Assembly (NCBI GenBank): GCA_040389425.1
Contig: JAZJZW010000002.1
Span: 22,976 to 86,975, forward strand
Direction: 5' to 3'
Length of the DNA stretch: 64,000 nt
Origin: Bacteroidota bacterium
GTDB lineage: Bacteria > Bacteroidota > Bacteroidia > Flavobacteriales > Flavobacteriaceae
Shown: piece after piece, positions 59,473 through 64,000 of the stretch
Layout of the letters: each line of letters opens with the position of its first letter
Numbering within the stretch: position 1 is the first letter of the stretch
Translations under genes and position numbers: made by a program
The notes under the pieces: model-generated
Seen by the model: the letters and a program-made list of their open reading frames with translations, nothing else
Databases searched by the model: none
What the model was told of the DNA's origin: nothing

Positions 59473-62400
59473 ATGAAACGAAAAATCATCCTCTATTTAA
59501 TTTTAATGGGTTCCTTTTTTTCACTATCGGCCCAAAACATAGGAATAAAAGGTACGGTAACTTCTTCCGAAGACGGAATGACGTTACCTGGAGTATCTGT
59601 TTTGGTCTCCGGAACTGCTAAAGGAACTACAACGGATCTCGATGGTAAATATGAGCTTAAAAATGTAGATCCAAAAGCAACTTTGGTCTTTAGTTATGTA
59701 GGCTACACAAATCAAACAGTGCAAGTAAACGGGCAAGAAACGATCAATGTTGTTTTAAAAACCGAATCGCAACAATTAACAGAAGTAGTTGTAACTGGAT
59801 ATACAAAAGAACGTAAGGTCGATGTTACTGGAGCTGTTGTTGTAGTTGAGATGAAGCCTATTGTGGGACAAAGTATGAGTTCAGGTAATGCCATGCAGGC
59901 AATGCAAGGTAGGGTTGCAGGTTTATCAGTAGAAAAATCAGGAGATCCAAGTGGTACCAGCAGCAAGATTCTTATTAGAGGGGTAAGTACTCTAGGGAAT
60001 ACTGACCCTTTATATGTGATTGATGGAGTTCCTACAGTAAGGCCAGAAGTTTTTGCCAGTTTAAATCCAAGCGCCATAGAATCTGTACAGGTATTGAAAG
60101 ATGCTTCTGCTTCTTCTATTTATGGTTCTAGAGCGGCAAACGGAGTTATTGTAGTAACCACTAAAAATGCTTTTAAAGGAGAAAGAATGAATGTCTCTTA
60201 TAGTACCAGTGTTTCTTCAATGTCAGAGAAAAAAGAAAGGTATAAAATGTTAAATGCAGTAGACAGAGGGAAAGTTTTATGGCAAGCTTCAGTAAATGAT
60301 GGTGCACTTCCTGAAGATGCTTATGGAGCTATTTATAATTTTGATTGGAATCATAATCTAAGTAATCCGATATTAAATGGCGTAACGGTTCAACCATTTG
60401 TAGGTGGTGATACTAATGTTCCAGCAGGAGATACCAATTGGCAGGATGTAATGTATAAAACAGGATTTGTCATCAATAATGATTTGTCTGTTTCGGGAGG
60501 TACAGAGAAATCTAATGCGATGTTGAATTTAGGGTATTTAGACAATACAGGTATGTTAAGATACACAAATTATGAAAGATATACTGCAAGATTAAATGCC
60601 AATTTTAAATTGTTTAATGATAAAGTACGATTTGGTATTAATTCACAATTTACCCAATCTAATGAAAAATTAGCTGCTAATGATGTGGGTAATGCTCCAG
60701 TTCCTGGTTTAGCGATTTCATTAGTGCCAACAATTCCTGTTTATACAAAATCTGGAGGTTATGGAGGACCTTTAGGTTCTGGTTATTCTGATAGAAATAA
60801 TCCATTGTTGATGCAATATTTAAACAGATGGGATAATACTCGAAGAATGTCTTTGTACGGGAATATTTTTACAGAAATTGATTTAGTAAAAAATCTTACT
60901 TTCAGAAATAGTATTGGTATTGATTTTAATGATTTCAACAGAAAAGATATTGAACCAACAGTAAGCAATGGATCTGTTAACAGAACTAATAACAGCTTAA
61001 CTTATGATACTAATAAATATTCTAGTTTAACGATTTCGAATACTTTAAATTATAATGTAAAACTTTCCAATCATAAAATTGGTGTAGTAGTGGGTATCGA
61101 ATCAGTTAAAACAGATTTTAATAGTTTGTTAGCTCGCGCAGAGAATTTTGCGGTAGAGACAGAACCTTATTTTGTTTTATCAGCTGCTTCTGGAGCCAGA
61201 ACATCAAATGGACTTTCAACTGGAAGCAGATTGCTTTCTCAGTTTGGAAAAGTTAACTATGCTTTCTCAGATAAATATTTGGCAACTTTTACTATAAGAC
61301 GTGATGGTTCTTCCCGATTTGGAGCAGATAATCGTTACGGTGTTTTCCCTGCTGCAACGGTAGGATGGAAAATCAGTAATGAAGATTTCTTGAAAAATAT
61401 TAAGGCAATTTCGTCATTAAAACTTCGTGCAGGTTATGGTGAGGTAGGGAATCAATCCATTGGTGATAATGCTAGTTTAGGATTGTATGAGGCTAGATAT
61501 GGAGTTAATCAAAATGTTTTTATACCTGATTTTTTCAATATTTATTATAATGTAGGAACGGCTTATGATTTAGGTGGGGTTAATACAGGGAATTTACCAT
61601 CTGGTTTTGTTTCTATTCAGGCAGCTAATTCAGGATTGAAATGGGAATCTACAAAAGAGATTAACCTAGGGCTTGATTTTGCTTTTTTAGAAAATAAATT
61701 ATCGGGTTCATTTGATTACTTTACTAGAAAGACAGACGGTATATTAATTAAACCACCAGTTGCATCGGTTTTAGGAGAAGGACAACAGCGTTTTGTGAAT
61801 GGAGCATCTACTGAAAATAAAGGTTGGGAATTTGTTTTAGGATACTCAGATACTTTAGAGAATGGATTGAATTTTAATGTTACTAGTAACTTTGGTGCAA
61901 CAAAAAACAAAATTACTGCATTACCAGAAGAAGTGAGATCAGCTTATCCAGGTACAGCTTTAAATTCAATAGTTGGTCATTCGCAGTTTGAAGTTTTTGG
62001 ATATAAAACCGACGGATTGTTCCAATCACAGGCAGATATTAATTCTCATGCTACCCAAGTAGCATCTCGATTAGGAGGTATTAAATATGTTGATATCAAT
62101 AATGACGGTGTTATTAATTCTGATGATAGAACTTTTATAGGTTCAACACAACCAAAACTAGAATATGGTATTAATATTAGCTTGGCTTATAAAAATATAG
62201 ATATGTCTATTTTTGGATCAGGGGTTACAGGAAGAAAAGGAGTTGATCCATATATCTATTGGAATAATTTTGTTCAAGGTAGAGAAAATGCTGGACCTGG
62301 TACATTTAATGCCTGGACTCCAACCAATACTAATACAGATATCCCATCTCTCTCATTGGCGCATAATGACAATCAGATGTCAGAGTATTTTTTAAGAAAT

Positions 62401-62622
62401 AATTCTTATTTCAAAGTTAGAAACATACAAATTGGTTATTCTTTACCAGAAAGTATAACTGATAAAACTGGTTTTATTACTCATTGTAGAATATACGCTC
62501 AAGGGGAGAACTTATTTTGGTTTACACCAAAAGGATATATAGGTTCTGATCCAGAACGTACTAATACAAATAGAATACCAGTACCTACTACATACTCATT
62601 AGGGATAAACTTAAACTTTTAA
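59473..62622 (+). CDS. susC: SusC/RagA TonB-dependent transporter
   Basis: EVVVTGY, PLYVIDG, VLKDASASSIYGSRAANGVIVVTTK, C-terminal aromatic residue. Confidence 0.95.
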   Translation: MKRKIILYLILMGSFFSLSAQNIGIKGTVTSSEDGMTLPGVSVLVSGTAKGTTTDLDGKYELKNVDPKATLVFSYVGYTNQTVQVNGQETINVVLKTESQQLTEVVVTGYTKERKVDVTGAVVVVEMKPIVGQSMSSGNAMQAMQGRVAGLSVEKSGDPSGTSSKILIRGVSTLGNTDPLYVIDGVPTVRPEVFASLNPSAIESVQVLKDASASSIYGSRAANGVIVVTTKNAFKGERMNVSYSTSVSSMSEKKERYKMLNAVDRGKVLWQASVNDGALPEDAYGAIYNFDWNHNLSNPILNGVTVQPFVGGDTNVPAGDTNWQDVMYKTGFVINNDLSVSGGTEKSNAMLNLGYLDNTGMLRYTNYERYTARLNANFKLFNDKVRFGINSQFTQSNEKLAANDVGNAPVPGLAISLVPTIPVYTKSGGYGGPLGSGYSDRNNPLLMQYLNRWDNTRRMSLYGNIFTEIDLVKNLTFRNSIGIDFNDFNRKDIEPTVSNGSVNRTNNSLTYDTNKYSSLTISNTLNYNVKLSNHKIGVVVGIESVKTDFNSLLARAENFAVETEPYFVLSAASGARTSNGLSTGSRLLSQFGKVNYAFSDKYLATFTIRRDGSSRFGADNRYGVFPAATVGWKISNEDFLKNIKAISSLKLRAGYGEVGNQSIGDNASLGLYEARYGVNQNVFIPDFFNIYYNVGTAYDLGGVNTGNLPSGFVSIQAANSGLKWESTKEINLGLDFAFLENKLSGSFDYFTRKTDGILIKPPVASVLGEGQQRFVNGASTENKGWEFVLGYSDTLENGLNFNVTSNFGATKNKITALPEEVRSAYPGTALNSIVGHSQFEVFGYKTDGLFQSQADINSHATQVASRLGGIKYVDINNDGVINSDDRTFIGSTQPKLEYGINISLAYKNIDMSIFGSGVTGRKGVDPYIYWNNFVQGRENAGPGTFNAWTPTNTNTDIPSLSLAHNDNQMSEYFLRNNSYFKVRNIQIGYSLPESITDKTGFITHCRIYAQGENLFWFTPKGYIGSDPERTNTNRIPVPTTYSLGINLNF

Positions 62623-62631
62623 TTAATTCTC

Positions 62632-64000
62632 ATGAAAAAATATAATAAAATAGTTATTAGCTTCTTGTCAATTTTATTTTTGACATCATGTAGCGCAGAT
62701 TTTTTAGATTATGAACCTACAGGAGTATTAAAGCCAGATCAAGTTGCTACTGTAGCAAATGCGGATGCTCTTGTTACAGCCGCTTATGCAGCAATAGGGA
62801 ATGATGAAATGGTTGGACCAATAACGAATCAATGGGTTTATGGTAGTGTACGTTCTGATGATGCCTACAAAGGAGGAGGAGGTCGCTCAGATGTTGATGT
62901 GATTGATACTTATGAACAATACAATACAACTATTCCTGATTATGGAGACTGGATGTTACCTAGAACCTGGACAAATCACTATAAAGCAATATCAAGAGCT
63001 AATTTTGCTTTGTCTGTAATAAATTCATTGCCAGAAACAGATTATCCATTGAAAAAAGTGAGACAGGCAGAATTACGTTTTTTAAGAGCCCACTCTTATT
63101 TTATGTTGAAGCAATTATTTAATAAAGTTCCTTTCATTACCGAAGATCTTACAAAAGAACAAATTTTGAAAACTGCAAATGATTTGACTTCTGATGCATT
63201 ATGGAATAAAATTGCAGAAGATTTTATTTTTGCACATGATAATTTACCTGCTTCACAAGATCAAGTAGGTAGAGCTGATAAAAATGCTGCTTCAGCCTAT
63301 TTAGCAAAATTGAGATTGTATCAGGCTTATGAGCAAAATCCAACAACTCATGCCGTAATAAATATTAATGCAGCAAGATTGCAAGAAGTAATCGATTATG
63401 CCAATGAAGTAACTGGAAGTTTAGAGCCAGACTTTGGTTTCAATTTCTTAGACGGTCATGATAATGGACGAGAATCTATTTGGGCAGTTCAATTTTCTAT
63501 CAGTGATGGAACTAATACAGGAAGAGTAAGTTTTGTTACGGGATTAAATTCGCCTCACGGATCACCACTTTATGGATGTTGCGGTTTTCACTTAGCGAGT
63601 CAAAATATGGTAAATGCATTCAAAACTGATGCTGTAACTGGTTTACCATTATTAGATACTTTTAATAATTCAGATATTTTTAATACAGTAGATGGTAGCG
63701 GAAAAGCATCATTAACTGCTGGTGTAACACTTGATCCTAGAATTGATCATACAGTTGGAGTACCTGGTAGACCATTTAAATATAAAAATACCTTGAAAAC
63801 AGCGGGAGATATGGTTTATAATTTTAGTTGGGCTAGAGATCCAGGGGTTTATGGTTTCTTTGGAAACATGAAAGAGCAACAATCGCCAGACTGTTCATGC
63901 TACGTAAAGAACGGTCCATTCGTAGGGACTTCTAAAAACGTAGATTTTATCAGATATGCCGATGTGTTATTATTCAAAGCTGAAGCATTGATTCAATTGA
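62632..64000 (+). CDS. susD: SusD/RagB lipoprotein (runs off window)
   Basis: Manual translation MKKYNKIVISFLSILFLTSCSADFLD.., RSDDAYKGG, AELRFLRA, LDPR, IRYADVLL. Confidence 0.93.
   Translation, partial: MKKYNKIVISFLSILFLTSCSADFLDYEPTGVLKPDQVATVANADALVTAAYAAIGNDEMVGPITNQWVYGSVRSDDAYKGGGGRSDVDVIDTYEQYNTTIPDYGDWMLPRTWTNHYKAISRANFALSVINSLPETDYPLKKVRQAELRFLRAHSYFMLKQLFNKVPFITEDLTKEQILKTANDLTSDALWNKIAEDFIFAHDNLPASQDQVGRADKNAASAYLAKLRLYQAYEQNPTTHAVININAARLQEVIDYANEVTGSLEPDFGFNFLDGHDNGRESIWAVQFSISDGTNTGRVSFVTGLNSPHGSPLYGCCGFHLASQNMVNAFKTDAVTGLPLLDTFNNSDIFNTVDGSGKASLTAGVTLDPRIDHTVGVPGRPFKYKNTLKTAGDMVYNFSWARDPGVYGFFGNMKEQQSPDCSCYVKNGPFVGTSKNVDFIRYADVLLFKAEALIQL

Overview
AT-rich Bacteroidota chromosome segment, very probably Flavobacterium (gldB/gldC gliding genes, SusC/SusD, TAnnTTTG promoters). 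Most of it is housekeeping: purT (partial), aspartate aminotransferase, desaturase, rsmG, pruA, apaG, map, gpmI, two tRNA-Gly, pepE, tatA, rlmN, polyprenyl synthase, dnaG, nadE, gldBC, yihA, the dcw cluster mraZ to ftsZ, yqeY and tRNA-Arg. It ends in a polysaccharide utilisation locus (HTCS, GH36, sugar porter, GH32, SusC, SusD). The most unusual part is 330-2900. It holds a small integron-like array of gene cassettes bounded by attC-like hairpins, where each cassette's two ends are complementary to each other. The array has a leader site with an inverted repeat and a promoter, but no integrase lies in the window. A 21-bp tandem array and a stack of unrelated palindromic repeat elements follow it. 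Other notable items: a RelE/ParE toxin-antitoxin pair coupled to an O-methyltransferase, three tandem barrel-less SusC-N-terminus-like paralogs, inverted hexamer/heptamer arrays at gene junctions, and a candidate operator shared by two PUL promoters. All calls come from reading the sequence and recalling motifs; no searches were run.
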